This document shows positions 22,490-35,136 of a stretch of DNA of 64,000 nucleotides, piece by piece; the stretch's first letter is position 1, and each line of letters starts with the position of its first letter. This stretch comes from Phyllobates terribilis (taxonomy: Eukaryota): contig NW_027362761.1 in the NCBI RefSeq assembly GCF_046119375.1, positions 467,976,001 through 468,040,000 on the forward strand, read 5' to 3'. A program made the translations under genes and the position numbers. The notes beneath the pieces were generated by a model. The model was given only the letters and a program-made list of their open reading frames with translations. It was not told the DNA's origin and ran no database searches.

Positions 22490-25400
22490 CTCCTGAGGTC
22501 TTATGTTTGGAGTCTGAACTGAATACTGATGGCCTTGATGATGCTTGTATTCAACAACTGCCCTCTTCTGCTCACAAATCCTCCCCAACATCTGCAGTGT
22601 AGAGTTTCAATGCGTGGGGACATCACACACCAGTCTGTGAGCCGGAAGCTACAAACGCAGCTGAAAGACGGCAAGGGCGGCAGATGCTGTAGGTGACTTT
22701 CTAAAATGGGCACACAGGCGGCTTACTTCAACAACAGATCCGGCAGCTCTGGGTAGGATTTGAGAAACCGCTGAACCACGAGGTTAAGCACATGGGCCAG
22801 GCATGGTACGTGTGTGAGCTCGCCTAGCCTCAGAGCTGCCACCAGGTTCTGGCCATTGTCACACATGACCATGCCTGGCTGTAGGTTCAGTGGTGTGAGC
22901 CACAGATCTGCCTGCTCTTTCAGAGCTATCCACAACTTTTCAGCATTTTGTGGTTTGTCATCTAAGCACATTAACTTCAGCAAAGCCTGTTGCCACTTGG
23001 CCGAGGCAGTGCTGCAGTGCTTCCAGCTTGTGACTGATGTGGTCATTTCGGAGATGGAGGCTGAAGAGGAAGAGGAGGCTGAGGAGGATGAGGTGCAGGA
23101 GCTGTTGACTGTGGGGGCAACCCTAATTGACCTAGGCCCGCAATCCTTGGCATCGGGAGGATATGTCCCATCTCAAGGTGCGAGTGGGTCCCGGCTTCCA
23201 CTATGTTAAAACAGTGTGCCGTCAGCGAGATGTAACAGGCCCTGTCCACAAGCACTTGTCCACGTGTCCGTGGTTGGGTGGACTTTCCCGGTAACTGCGT
23301 TATTGATAGCATGGCTAATGTTTTAGGACATGTGCTTGTGTAATGCGGGGACGGCACACCGGGAGAAATAGCGGCGGCTGGGGATCGAGTACCGAGGGAT
23401 GGCCGCTGCCATCAGGCTGTGGAATGCTTCCATCTCCACGAGCCTAAAAGGCAACATTTCGAGTGCAAGCAGTCGAAAATGTGGGAATTTAGTAGTGTGA
23501 CCTGTGGGGCGTTGTCTGCGTATTTGCGTTTTCGTTCCAAGGTGTGGGGTATGAACAACTGAACACTGCGCTGGGACAAGGACATGGACGTGATTCCTGA
23601 TGCTGCTACTTGAGAGTGTGCAATTACAGGTGCAGGGCAGGAGGCATCTTTGCATGCACCATGGACAGGTGATTGGCTTGCATCCACAACAGTGGAAGAA
23701 GCAGTGGTGCCACCTGCAGACACTGTTCCTGGACCCTGGGGTTTGGCCCACAAAGTTGGGTGCTTTGCTGCCATGTGCCTGATCATGCTGGTGGTGATCA
23801 GGCTGCTAGTTTTGCCATTCCTGCTGATGATGTCCTGGCAGGTGGTGCAAATGGCCTTTTTGGGGTTATCGGCAGAGTCTTTAAAAAACAACCAGACTCT
23901 GGAAAACCTAACAGTTGTACTGGCAACTTCCTTTGTGTTGGCGGTACGGGGAATGGTTGCCTGCCTTCTGTCTGCGACCACCACATTGCTTCTTGCTGCA
24001 TGTTGGGGTGCTCTGTCTCCTCCCCCCTGTGTGCTGCTGTCCTCGCTCTGCATGTCCTCCTGCCAGGTTGGGTCAGTTAGTATATCATCCACCACCTCGT
24101 GTTCCACTTCCGCACCCTGGTCCTCCTCCTGACTTTCTGGCAATTGTGTCCCATCATCATCCACCTCTTGTGACACTTTCTCACCGTCGCCTTCGTATGA
24201 CCATGGCTGCTCAAATATTTGGGCATCGCTATATGCGATCTCATGCCCCGCTTCAAGTGGACCGGGTTAGAGGCCCGAATCTATAAATGTAAAATTGAAC
24301 AGCTCTTGGGAGTGTCCAAGTGTGGGATCAGTTGTCTCCGGGCACTCTGCATTTTGGGAGGAAGGAGAATCAGGGTTAGGAATATGCAGTCCAGACTCAC
24401 GGTTACTGAGACTTGACCGTGTGGAAGACAGGGTGGTGGTGATGGTGGCAAAGTGACTGGAATCATTATTTGCTATCCAATCAATAACCTTTTGACACTG
24501 CTCTGGGTTCAATAGTGGTGTGCTGCGGTCCCCTAGGAATTGGGACAGGAAAGTGGGGCGACAAGATGTGGGTGTTTGTTGTGGCACAATTTCAGCTTGC
24601 CCACGGCCTCGGCATCGGCCTCTGCATGCACCATCACCATCATGTCCAGTTCCCCTGCGCCTTGCCCATTTTAAATGGAGGACAATATCTTCCAGGCTCA
24701 CTACAAATGGCTGAATATATGGCGAACGTATATGTAATCCGTGTGATGGAGAAACCACAGTTTTAAATATCTGGCCTGTAGGTAACTATTTTGAACAGCA
24801 AACTGGTGTCAATTGATTCACTGACACACTGAAACAAATTTTTAATGGATGCCAGAAATGGCAGTATTTTCAGAACAATTATATGTGATCCGTGTGACAG
24901 ACAAACCACAGTTTTAAATAGCTGGATTTTTAGCGCTGTAATATGGAAAGGACCTGGCTGTATTCTGCAGTGCCAAGAAGCAAATGGCGTAGAACAACAG
25001 TGTTCACTGGATTGTTTTTTAAGCGAAATTTATGAGGATCCAAAAAAAAATTATTCCTGGCCCCTGAGACCTGGGCCTATTTCTAGAAATGTCTAACAGC
25101 AGCAGCAGACAAGACTGGAATGGAGCCTCTTGTGCTATGTGCACTGCAGTCTGCTATATACCCTGCATGCTTGCCTATATACCCTGCCTGATATCTCTGC
25201 AGATGGATTAGTTCGCAGAAGGACTGTTTGTAATTTAGTTTGGTACACCTACACTAACTAGAAACAAGCAAATCTCTCCCTAGCTCAGCAGCACCTCTCC
25301 CTACACTGTCTGATTCCAGAGTGACTGTGACGAGCATGGCGGCGCCAGGTCTGATATAGACCTGATGACGCTGTGCGACCAGCCAATCACTGTAATTCCA

Positions 25401-25621
25401 CAACCAACATGGCTGTGGCATTACAGTGAGTGGAAGGCATTCCCTGCCTGTTCATTGGCTCTATAAAGAGCACCAAACATGCAGGGATGAGACCCCAGCT
25501 CCTGCCGAGCAACCCCAGAAATATTCGGCGAGCGCCGAGCATCTCGAGCAGTGAGATGCACAGGCGTGCACCGAGCAATAGCTAGCATGCTCGCTCATCA
25601 CTAGAAGTGAGTAATCACCGA

Positions 25622-25885
25622 TGGGCAGCACGGTCGCTCAGTGGTTAACATTGTTGATTTGCAGCGCTGGGGTCCTGTATTTGAATCCCACCAAGGACAA
25701 CATCTACTAGGAGTTTGCATGTCTCCCTTTGTTTGTGTGGGTTTCCTCCTGGTTCATCCATTTCCAACAAACTCCAAAGACATACTGATAGGGAATTTAT
25801 ATCGTGAGCCCCATTGGTGACAGCGATGGCATTGAATGTAAAGCACTGTGGAATATGGTAGTGCTATATAAGCTATGTAAAATAG
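25622..25885 (+). mobile_element. tRNA-derived V-SINE
   Basis: A-box-like GGTCGCTCAGTGG and degenerate B box TTTGAATCCC; V-domain-like TGCATGTCTCCC...GTGGGTTTCCTCC; L2-type tail TGTAAAGCACTGTGGAATATGGTAGTGCTATATAA. Confidence 0.8.
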
Positions 25886-27133
25886 TAATAATATAAATAA
25901 GCATACGTTAACAGGAGATTATAGGTTCATGCATTAGCTGAGCTACTTCCCTGTATCTCACATGATGAAATGGGACATTGAAGGTCTTTTATTTGCCCTG
26001 TAGTTATAGTGGACCTGTAAGTGTACTTAGTTGGCATGTCAACATTTTCTAGAACAAAGTAAGAAGTGCATAGAAAAAATCTGGAAATAATGCAAAGATC
26101 CAAATTGTTAAGTGAAAAATTATCACTCCTTTCATCTATTCATTGGTTAACAGCTCAGCGAGGCTAGGCAAATTCTGAAAAGTTGTTTATGGACTCCTTA
26201 GTGCCTGTATGAGCATTGTGCCTCCAATGTGTTCTTCAAATCTAGTACTGCATGTGGAAGATAATTCAATTATGCCTATGTATAGACATATATATCCTTC
26301 CTATCACGGAATCGGAAGAAGAAACAATGTTCGTGTGACACATACATGTATATACACATGTACATACTGTATATCTATATAATTATATATTTTTCTCCTT
26401 TTCAAAAGCCTTTTTATTTCTCTGCCAGTCTTCATTTCTACAAGCTCTGAAGAACTGCTTGTTAGAATACCCGCTATTATTGCATTCTGAACTTTTATTT
26501 CTGTATTTTAATGTTTGCATTTAATTGCACTTACCGCAAGCTGTACAGGGCAGCGGAATTGTTGGTGCCTATAAATAAATAATATTAGTAATCACTTTCT
26601 TTTGCCAGCTTATAAAAATTTTAAACACATAAATAAATATTTAAATATATTTTGCAAGCTCCACCAAATTCATTCAGCGTTGATATGTATAGATTTGCAT
26701 ATAGTGTAACACACTGGAATTGACATACATATATAATGTATGTGTAAACATATAAAGATATATGCATTAAAACCATCTTGAGAATATCATCTCTTTGAAA
26801 AGATTTTCTATAACAGATGTTAAGTTTCACCATAGAGTACAGATAGATAGATAGAGGGATGTAAAGCGCTGCAGAAAATGATGGCGCTATATAAGCAAAG
26901 CATAATAAATGAATATATCATATGTAGATAGATTAAAAGTGTGCAGCATTACTGCCATATAAACTATACTTATAGTATTAGGTACTTAGTGCACAAACTA
27001 ACCAATTCCTGTGCTCCCACCAGACACAACAAGGTGTACCTTTCTTTGATGGAACCCTAAGAAAATTATCTTTCCTTGGCCAAAAACATATAAATTATGA
27101 TGGAACCTTTTACCTTAATGTCTAAATTGCATA

Positions 27134-28420
27134 CAGTGGCGACCAAAAGTTTTGCATTTTTTTTAAAGTGTGATTACTTCTGTCTGGTTGCTGTGATGCT
27201 ATTTTCCTGGTGATTTTAGTAAACCGGAAGCAAATTGTTGTCAGCTATAAGCACGAAAATTTTGTTTGACATTATTTTATCCCTTTATGTGTTAGTTTTC
27301 AACATTTGCTGGGCCAAATATTTTACATATTTTCGTAATGGGTAGTCACATTTTGCCAAAAATTAAATTTAATAATTTGTCTTCTTCAGTTAAAACATGG
27401 CAAAGACAAAGCCAAATTTATCACCAGATGTTCAGAAAGATTATTATTCTGAGAGTGAAATCAGGCAAAAGCAAAAAAGAGGTAGCTATGGAATTCAACC
27501 TTTCTCATAGTCAAGTGTCACATATATTAAAGAAAGGAAAAGAAGGTTATTGAACAGCTGACAAACCTAGAAGTGGACAACCATGGAAAACTTCCTCCAG
27601 AGTTGATCACATTATTAAGAAAAAGTTAGAATCTGAAGTTCATAAAAGTGCTGTACAGATTTCGCACGAAATGAACAAAGAATATGGGGTCAAAGTGATT
27701 CGCCAAACTGTGGTGCGATGGCTAAGAGCAGTAGGGTTGAATGCATCAGTTCCAGTCAAGATGCCTTTCATCTCTGCAAAGAACCGGAAGGTCCGACTTG
27801 AGTTTGCCAAAGAATAGCCAATGGAAAGAGACAGATTGGTCTAAGGTGTTGTGGTCGGATGAATCCAAGTTCAATCTGTTTGGTAGTGATGGCAAGCACT
27901 ATATATACCGCCCGATTGGAAAACATAATGATGTAAGGTACCAAACACCTAGAGTGAAACATGGTGGTGGAAATGTCATGTTTTGGGGCTGCTTTTCTGC
28001 ATCTGCCATTGGTCCTCTGCATAGAATTGATGGGAATATGAATGCTACTATGTACAAGGATATCTTAGAGAATGTAATGCTGCCACATGGTAAAATCAAA
28101 GTAGGCAGGGAATGGAGACTCCAGAAAGACAATGATCCTAAGCACACATCCAATTTAGTCAAAAATTGGTTAGCAAAGAAAAATGTTAGTTTGTTGCAAT
28201 GGCCAAGTCAATCACCTGATTTAAACATATAGAGCATATTTGGGATGAGTTAGGTCGACAAGTTGGGACCCATACCCAAAGCAATAAAGATTAATTGTTT
28301 GCAGATTTGCAAATAGAATGGAGCAAGATCCCTCAAGATGTGTTGAATACCCTAGTGACTTCAATGCCCCATCGGTGTGGTGCAGTTATTAAAGCAAGAG
28401 TTTATGCTACAAATTCTAAG
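27134..28420 (+). mobile_element. Tc1 (DD34E) element, degraded, 3' TIR not seen
   Basis: TA-CAGTGGCGACCAAAAG terminus; ORF 27741-28232 has WSDESK, KHGGG, KDNDPKH, WPSQSPDLN. Confidence 0.8.
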
Positions 28421-28691
28421 TTATGGCATTGTAAACAATGAATTAATCTCTATGTTGTGATCAATAAAGAGTATACTGTGTGCAGAATTATTAGGCAAAT
28501 GAGTATTTTGATCACATGATACTTTTTATACATGTTGTCCTACTCCAAGCTGCATAGGCTTTAGAGCCAACTACCAATTAAGTAAATCTGCTGATGTGCA
28601 TCTCTGTAATGAGGAGGGGTGTTGACTAATGACATCAACACCCAATTTAAGATGTGCTTAATTATTAGGCAACTTCCTTTCCTTTGGCAAA

Positions 28692-29708
28692 ATGGGTCAG
28701 AAGAAAGATTTGACGGGCTCTGAAAAGTCCAAAATTTTGAGATGTCTTGCAGAGGGATGCAGCAGTCTTGAAATTTCCAAACTTTTGAAGAGTGATCACC
28801 GAACAATCAAGCGTTTCATGGCAAATAGCTAACAGGGTCGCAAGAAGCGTGTTGGCCAAAAAAGGCGCAAAATAACTGCCCATGAATTGAGGAAAATCAA
28901 GCGTGAAGCTGCCAAGATGCCATTCGCCATCAGTTTTGCCATATTTCAGAGCTGCACCATTACTGGAGTATCAAAAAGCACAAGGTGTGCGATACTCAGG
29001 GACATGGCCAAGGTAAGGAAGGCTGAAAAATGACCACCTTTGAACAAGAAACATAAGATAAAACATCAAGAATGGGCCAAGAAATATCTTAAGACTCATT
29101 TTTCAAAGGTTTTATGGACTGATGAAATGAGAGTGACTCTTGATCGGCCAGATGGATGGGCCAGAGGCTGGATCAGTAAAGGGCAGAGAGCACCACTCTG
29201 ACTCAGACGCCAGCAAGGTGGAGGTGGGGTACTAGTATGGGCTGGTATCATCAAAGATGAACTTGTGGGACCTTTTTGGGTTGAGGATGGAGTGAAGCTC
29301 AACTCCTAGACCTACTGCCAGTTTCGGGAAGAAAACTTCTTCAATCAGTGGTACAGGAAGAAGTCGGTATCGTTCAAGAAAAACATGATTTTCATGCAGG
29401 ACAATGCTCCATCACATGCATCCAACTACTCCACAGCGTGGCTGGCCAGTAAAGGTCTAAAAGAAGAAAAAATAGTGACATGGCCCCCTTGTTCACCTGA
29501 TCTAAACCCTATAGAGAACCTGTGGTCCATGATAAAATGTGAGATCTACAGGGAGGAAAAAAAGTACACCTCTCGGAACAGTGTCTGGGAGACTGTGGTG
29601 GCTGCTGCACGCAATGTTGATCGAAAACAGATCAAGCAACTGACAGAATCTATGGATGGAAGGCTGTTGAGTGTCATCATAAAGAAAGGTGGCTATATTG
29701 ATCGCTAA
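28692..29708 (+). pseudogene. DD37E Tc1 transposase pseudogene
   Basis: MGQKKDL start; WTDEMRV; QDNAPSH...WPPCSPDLNPIE with 37 residues between D and E; internal stops. Confidence 0.88.
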
Positions 29709-30254
29709 TTTTTGGGGTTTTTGTTTTTGCATGTCAGAAATGTTTATTTCTAAATTTTGTGCACTGATATTGGTTTACCTGGTGAAAATAAACAAGTGAG
29801 ATGGGATTATATTTGGTTTTTATTAAGTTGCCTAATAATTTTGCACAGTAATAGTTACCTGCACAAACAGATATCCTCCTAAGTAGAGATGAGCGTTGTT
29901 CTACTCGAACTGTTCGCCAATCTCAAATTCGAGCTGTTTTGGGCGGTGTTCGAGCCGTTCGGCGAACACGAACGATTTGAGAAAAATTCGGCTGTTCGAG
30001 GTTATGTTCGATAACTGTTCGTGCACCAAAATCATAACTGGATTTTTTCTCAGTAATGATGAAAATTAATGTTAATACGCAGTTTGAGTGTACAGCGGGG
30101 TGGGGGGAGGGGCAGGGGATGGATCTCTGCAGGAATAATGAAGATCTCCATTTTTTTTTCTCTTTCCCACATTTACAGTGGGGAGGTGCAATCTGTCAGC
30201 CTATCAGCAGCGCACACACGGAGCGAAGTGCTTTTTTTCACACAAGCAAGGGCA

Positions 30255-30330
30255 TGTGTCATTGGCAGTGTATGTCACATGTCCTTGCCCTATAAGACCA
30301 AGCCATTTTCCCCATCGCCACCATTTTCTC
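30255..30330 (+). promoter_or_regulatory. Candidate transposase promoter
   Basis: Reverse CCAAT (CATTGG), TATAAG, then a YY1-like GCCACCATTTT. Same arrangement in copy B at ~55960-56030. Motif inference only. Confidence 0.35.
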
Positions 30331-30796
30331 ACTGCTGCAGCTGCGTGTTAGACGGCACCGCTGTTGCTGTGTGCGCTATACCTTGTTAATTTCAAGCCAA
30401 TTTTCGCACAAATCTACAGATAGCTTGGGAGTAGGGAATAGTTGTGATTGCAGTCCTTTTAAGGACTAGGTTACAGCATTTCCTACGACTTTTATCAGGC
30501 AGGTCTGTGCTCTTAAATAGATAGGTTGTGGGAGTAAAGACTAATTGTAATTGGAGTCCTTTTCAGGACTAGGTTACATCAGTTCCTATCAGTTTTTGCC
30601 AGGCAGGTCTGTGCCAGTGCTGTGCAAGTTTTTTTCACAGCATTTGGCTGAATCTAGCAAAGCTAATCCTTTTTGGCCTATTGCAGAGTGTGTTAGTCAC
30701 TGGAGTAGCCTATCTGTGTTGCAAGATATACCACCTGTGTATAGAATACCAATTTTTTTACTGCACCTAGTGAAGTAAAATCTTTTGGGCATAGCA

Positions 30797-33700
30797 TCAT
30801 TCTATTAGTCCATCTATACTGACCTCCATCAGGTTGCAAACTGAATATAATTTTTTTCTGCATCTACCTCTGAAAAAATATTTGGGCTTCTAGCTGTGTG
30901 TGGGACTTGTTCTATTACTCCATCTATACTGACCTCCATCAGGTTGCAAACTGAATATATTTTTTCTGCATCTACCTCTGAAAAAATATTGGGCTTCTAG
31001 CTGTGTGTGGGACTTGTTCTATTAATCCATCTATACAGACCTCCATCAGGTTGCAAACTGAATATAATTTTTTTCTGCATCTAGCTCTGAAAAAATATTT
31101 GGCCTTCTAGCAGTGTGTGGGACTTTCCCTATTAGTCCATCTATACTGACCTCCATCAGGTTGCAAACTGAATATAATTTTTTTCTGCATCTAGCTCTGA
31201 AAAAATATTTGGCCTTCTAGCAGTGTGTGGGACTTTCTCTATTAGTCCATCTATTCTGACCTCCATCAGGTTGCAAACTGAATATAATTTTTTTCTGCAT
31301 CTAGCTCTGAAAAAATATTTGGCCTTCTAGCAGTGTGTGGGACTTTCTCTATTAGTCCATCTATACTGACCTCCATCAGGTTGCAAATTAAAAATAATTT
31401 TTATCTGCATCTAGCTCTGAAAAAATATTTGGGCTTCTAGCTGTGTGTGGGACTTGTTCTATTACTCCATCTATACTGACCTCCATCAGGTTGCAAATTG
31501 AATATAATTTTTTTCTGCATCTAGCTCTGAAAAAATATTGGGCTTTTAGCTGTGTGTGGGACTTGTTGTATTAGTCCATCTATACTGACTTCCATCAGGT
31601 TGCAAACTGAATATATTTTTTTCTGCATCTACCTCTGAAAAAATATTGGGCTTCTAGCTGTGTGTGGGACTTGTTCTATTAATCCATCTATACAGACCTC
31701 CATCAGGTTGCAAACTGAATATAATTTTTTTCTGCATCTAGCTCTGAAAAAATATTTGGCCTTCTAGCAGTGTGTGGGACTTTCTCTATTAGTCCATCTA
31801 TATTGACCTCCATCAGGTTGCAAACTGAATATAATTTTTTTCTGCATCTAGCTCTGAAAAAATATTTGGCCTTCTAGCAGTGTGTGGGACTTTCTCTATT
31901 AGTCCATCTATACTGACCTCCATCAGGTTGCAAACTGAATATAATTTTTTTCTGCATCTAGCTCTGAAAAAATATTTGGCCTTCTAGCAGTGTGTGGGAC
32001 TTTCTCTATTAGTCCATCTATACTGACCTCCATCAGGTTGCAAACTGAATATAATTTTTTTCTGCATCTAGCTCTGAAAAAATATTTGGCCTTCTAGCAG
32101 TGTGTGGGACTTTATTAGTCCATCTATACTGACCTCCATCAGGTTGCAAATTAAAAATAATTTTTATCTGCATCTAGCTCTGAAAAAATATTTGGGCTTC
32201 TAGCTGTGTGTGGGACTTGTTCTATTACTCCATCTACACTGACCTCCATCAGGTTGCAAATTGAATATAATTTTTTTCTGCATCTAGCTCTGAAAAAATA
32301 TTGGGCTTCTAGCTGTGTGTGGGACTTGTTGTATTAGTCCATCTATACTGACCTCCATCAGGTTGCAAACTGAATATATTTTTTTCTGCATCTACCTCTG
32401 AAAAAATATTGGGCTTCTAGCTGTGTGTGGGACTTGTTCTATTAATCGATCTATACAGACCTCCATCAGGTTGCAAACTGAATATAATTTTTTTCTGCAT
32501 CTAGCTCTGAAAAAATATTTGGCCTTCTAGCAGTGTGTGGGACTTTCTCTATTAGTCCATCTATACTGACCTCCATCAGGTTGCAAACTGAATATAATTT
32601 TTTTCTGCATCTAGCTCTGAAAAAATATTTGGCCTTCTAGCAGTGTGTGGGACTTTCTCTATTAGTCCATCTATACTGACCTCCATCAGGTTGCAAATTA
32701 AAAATAATTTTTATCTGCATCTAGCTCTGAAAAAATATTTGGGCTTCTAGCTGTGTGTGGGACTTGTTCTATTACTCCATCTATACTGACCTCCATCAGG
32801 TTGCAAATTGAATATAATTTTTTTCTGCATCTAGCTCTGAAAAAATATTTGGCCTTCTAGCATTGTGTGGGACTTTCTCTATTAGTCCATCTATACTGAC
32901 CTCCATCAGGTTGCAAACTGAATATAATTTTTTTCTGCATCTAGCTCTGAAAAAATATTTGGGCTTCTAGCTGTGTGTGGGACTTGTTGTATTAGTCCAT
33001 CTATACTGACCTCCATCAGGTTGCAAACTGAATATAATTTTTTTCTGCATCTAGCTCTGAAAAAATATTTGGCCTTCTAGCAGTGTGTGGGACTTTCTCT
33101 ATTAGTCCATCTATACTGACCTCCATCAGGTTGCAAACTGAATATAATTTTTTTCTGCATCTAGCTCTGAAAAAATATTTGGCCTTCTAGCAGTGTGTGG
33201 GACTTTCTCTATTAGTCCATCTATACTGACCTCCATCAGGTTGCAAACTGAATATAATTTTTTTCTGCATCTAGCTCTGAAAAAATATTTGGCCTTCTAG
33301 CAGTGTGTGGGACTTTCTCTATTAGTCCATCTATACTGACCTCCATCAGGTTGCAAACTGAATATAATTTTTTTCTGCATCTAGCTCTGAAAAAATATTT
33401 GGCCTTCTAGCAGTGTGTGGGACTTTATTAGTCCATCTATACTGACCTCCATCAGGTTGCAAATTAAAAATAATTTTTATCTGCATCTAGCTCTGAAAAA
33501 ATATTTGGGCTTCTAGCTGTGTGTGGGACTTGTTCTATTACTCCATCTATACTGACCTCCATCAGGTTGCAAATTGAATATAATTTTTTTCTGCATCTAG
33601 CTCTGAAAAAATATTGGGCTTCTAGCTGTGTGTGGGACTTGTTGTATTAGTCCATCTATACTGACCTCCATCAGGTTGCAAACTGAATATATTTTTTTCT

Positions 33701-35020
33701 GCATCTAGCTCTGAAAAAATATTGGGCTTCTAGCTGTGTGTGGGACTTGTTCTATTAATCGATCTATACAGACCTCCATCAGGTTGCAAACTGAATATAA
33801 TTTTTTTCTGCATCTAGCTCTGAAAAAATATTTGGCCTTCTAGCAGTGTGTGGGACTTTCTCTATTAGTCCATCTATACTGACCTCCATCAGGTTGCAAA
33901 TTAAAAATAATTTTTATCTGCATCTAGCTCTGAAAAAATATTTGGGCTTCTAGCTGTGTGTGGGACTTGTTCTATTACTCCATCTATACTGACCTCCATC
34001 AGGTTGCAAATTGAATATAATTTTTTTCTGCATCTAGCTCTGAAAAAATATTGGGCTTCTAGCTGTGTGTGGGACTTGTTCTATTAGTCCATCTATACTG
34101 ACCTCCATCAGGTTGCAAACTGAATATAATTTTTTTCTGCATCTAGCTCTGAAAAAATATTTGGCCGTCTAGCAGTGTGTGGGACTTTCTCTATTAGTCC
34201 ATCTATACTGACCTCCATCAGGTTGCAAATTAAAAATAATTTTTATCTGCATCTAGCTCTGAAAAAATATTTGGGCTTCTAGCTGTGTGTGGGACTTGTT
34301 CTATTACTCCATCTATACTGACCTCCATCAGGTTGCAAATTGAATAGAATTTTTTTCTGCATCTAGCTCTGAAAAAATATTGGGCTTCTAGCTGTGTGTG
34401 GGACTTGTTGTATTAGTCCATCTATACTGACCTCCATCAGGTTGCAAACTGAATATAATTTTTTTCTGCATCTAGCTCTGAAAAAATATTTGGCCTTCTA
34501 GCAGTGTGTGGGACTTTCTCTATTAGTCCATCTATACTGACCTCCATCAGGTTGCAAATTAAAAATAATTTTTATCTGCATCTACCTCTGAAAAATTATT
34601 TGGGCTTCTAGCTGTTTGTCTGACTTGTTCTATTACTCCATCTATACTGACCTCCATCAGGTTGCAAATTGAATATAATTTTTTTCTGCATCTAGCTCTG
34701 AAAAAATATTGGGCTTCTAGCTGTGTGTGGGACTTGTTGTATTAGTCCATCTATACTGACCTCCATCAGGTTGCAAACTGAATATATTTTTTTCTGCATC
34801 TACCTCTGAAAAAATATTGGGCTTCTAGCTGTGTGTGGGACTTTCTCTATTAGTCCATCTATACTGACCTCCATCAGGTTGCAAACTGAATATTTTTTTT
34901 TCTGCATCTACCTCTGAAAAAGTATTTGGGCTTCTAGCTGTGTGTGGGACTTGTTCTATTAGTCCATCTATACTGACCTCCATCAGGTTGCAAATTGAAT
35001 ATAATTTTTTTCTGCATCTA
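30797..35020. repeat. 110-bp tandem satellite, about 39 monomers, inside hAT copy A
   Basis: CTCCATCAGG recurs at 110-bp spacing (e.g. 32461, 32571, 32681 ... 33341); several monomer variants. Confidence 0.97.
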
Positions 35021-35136
35021 ACCCAGCCAATAGTTTTGGCCTAATACCACAGTTTGGCCACTCAGCTCTGCTCGCTTCCCATCCATTGTTTTTTTGTGCA
35101 AACAACTCCAGAGTTGTGAATTAGTTAACCACCAAA

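Larger units (their letters stand above)
19590..24758 (-). pseudogene. hAT transposase pseudogene, split by the 20742-22489 insertion
   Basis: BED finger VWLFF...CTTC...HMAAKH; DNGQNL...CLAHVLNL; VCDVPTRWNS region; C-terminal dimerization PATSVLPERVFST...LTLIKMN. Frameshifts and stops. Confidence 0.9.
18430..25603 (-). mobile_element. hAT element family 2, decayed autonomous copy with the 3' TIR lost
   Basis: 5' TIR TAGTGATGAGCGAGC (reverse complement ends at 25603) with CGAGC repeats; minus-strand transposase; 3' subterminal region homologous to 200-680 and 7930-8400 but truncated near 18430. Confidence 0.8.

Noticed and set aside
25622-25700. tRNA gene
   Set aside because: The head is degenerate and continues into SINE body and L2-type tail.
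30797-35020. CRISPR array
   Set aside because: Monomers are head-to-tail with no unique spacers, there are no cas genes, and the context is eukaryotic.
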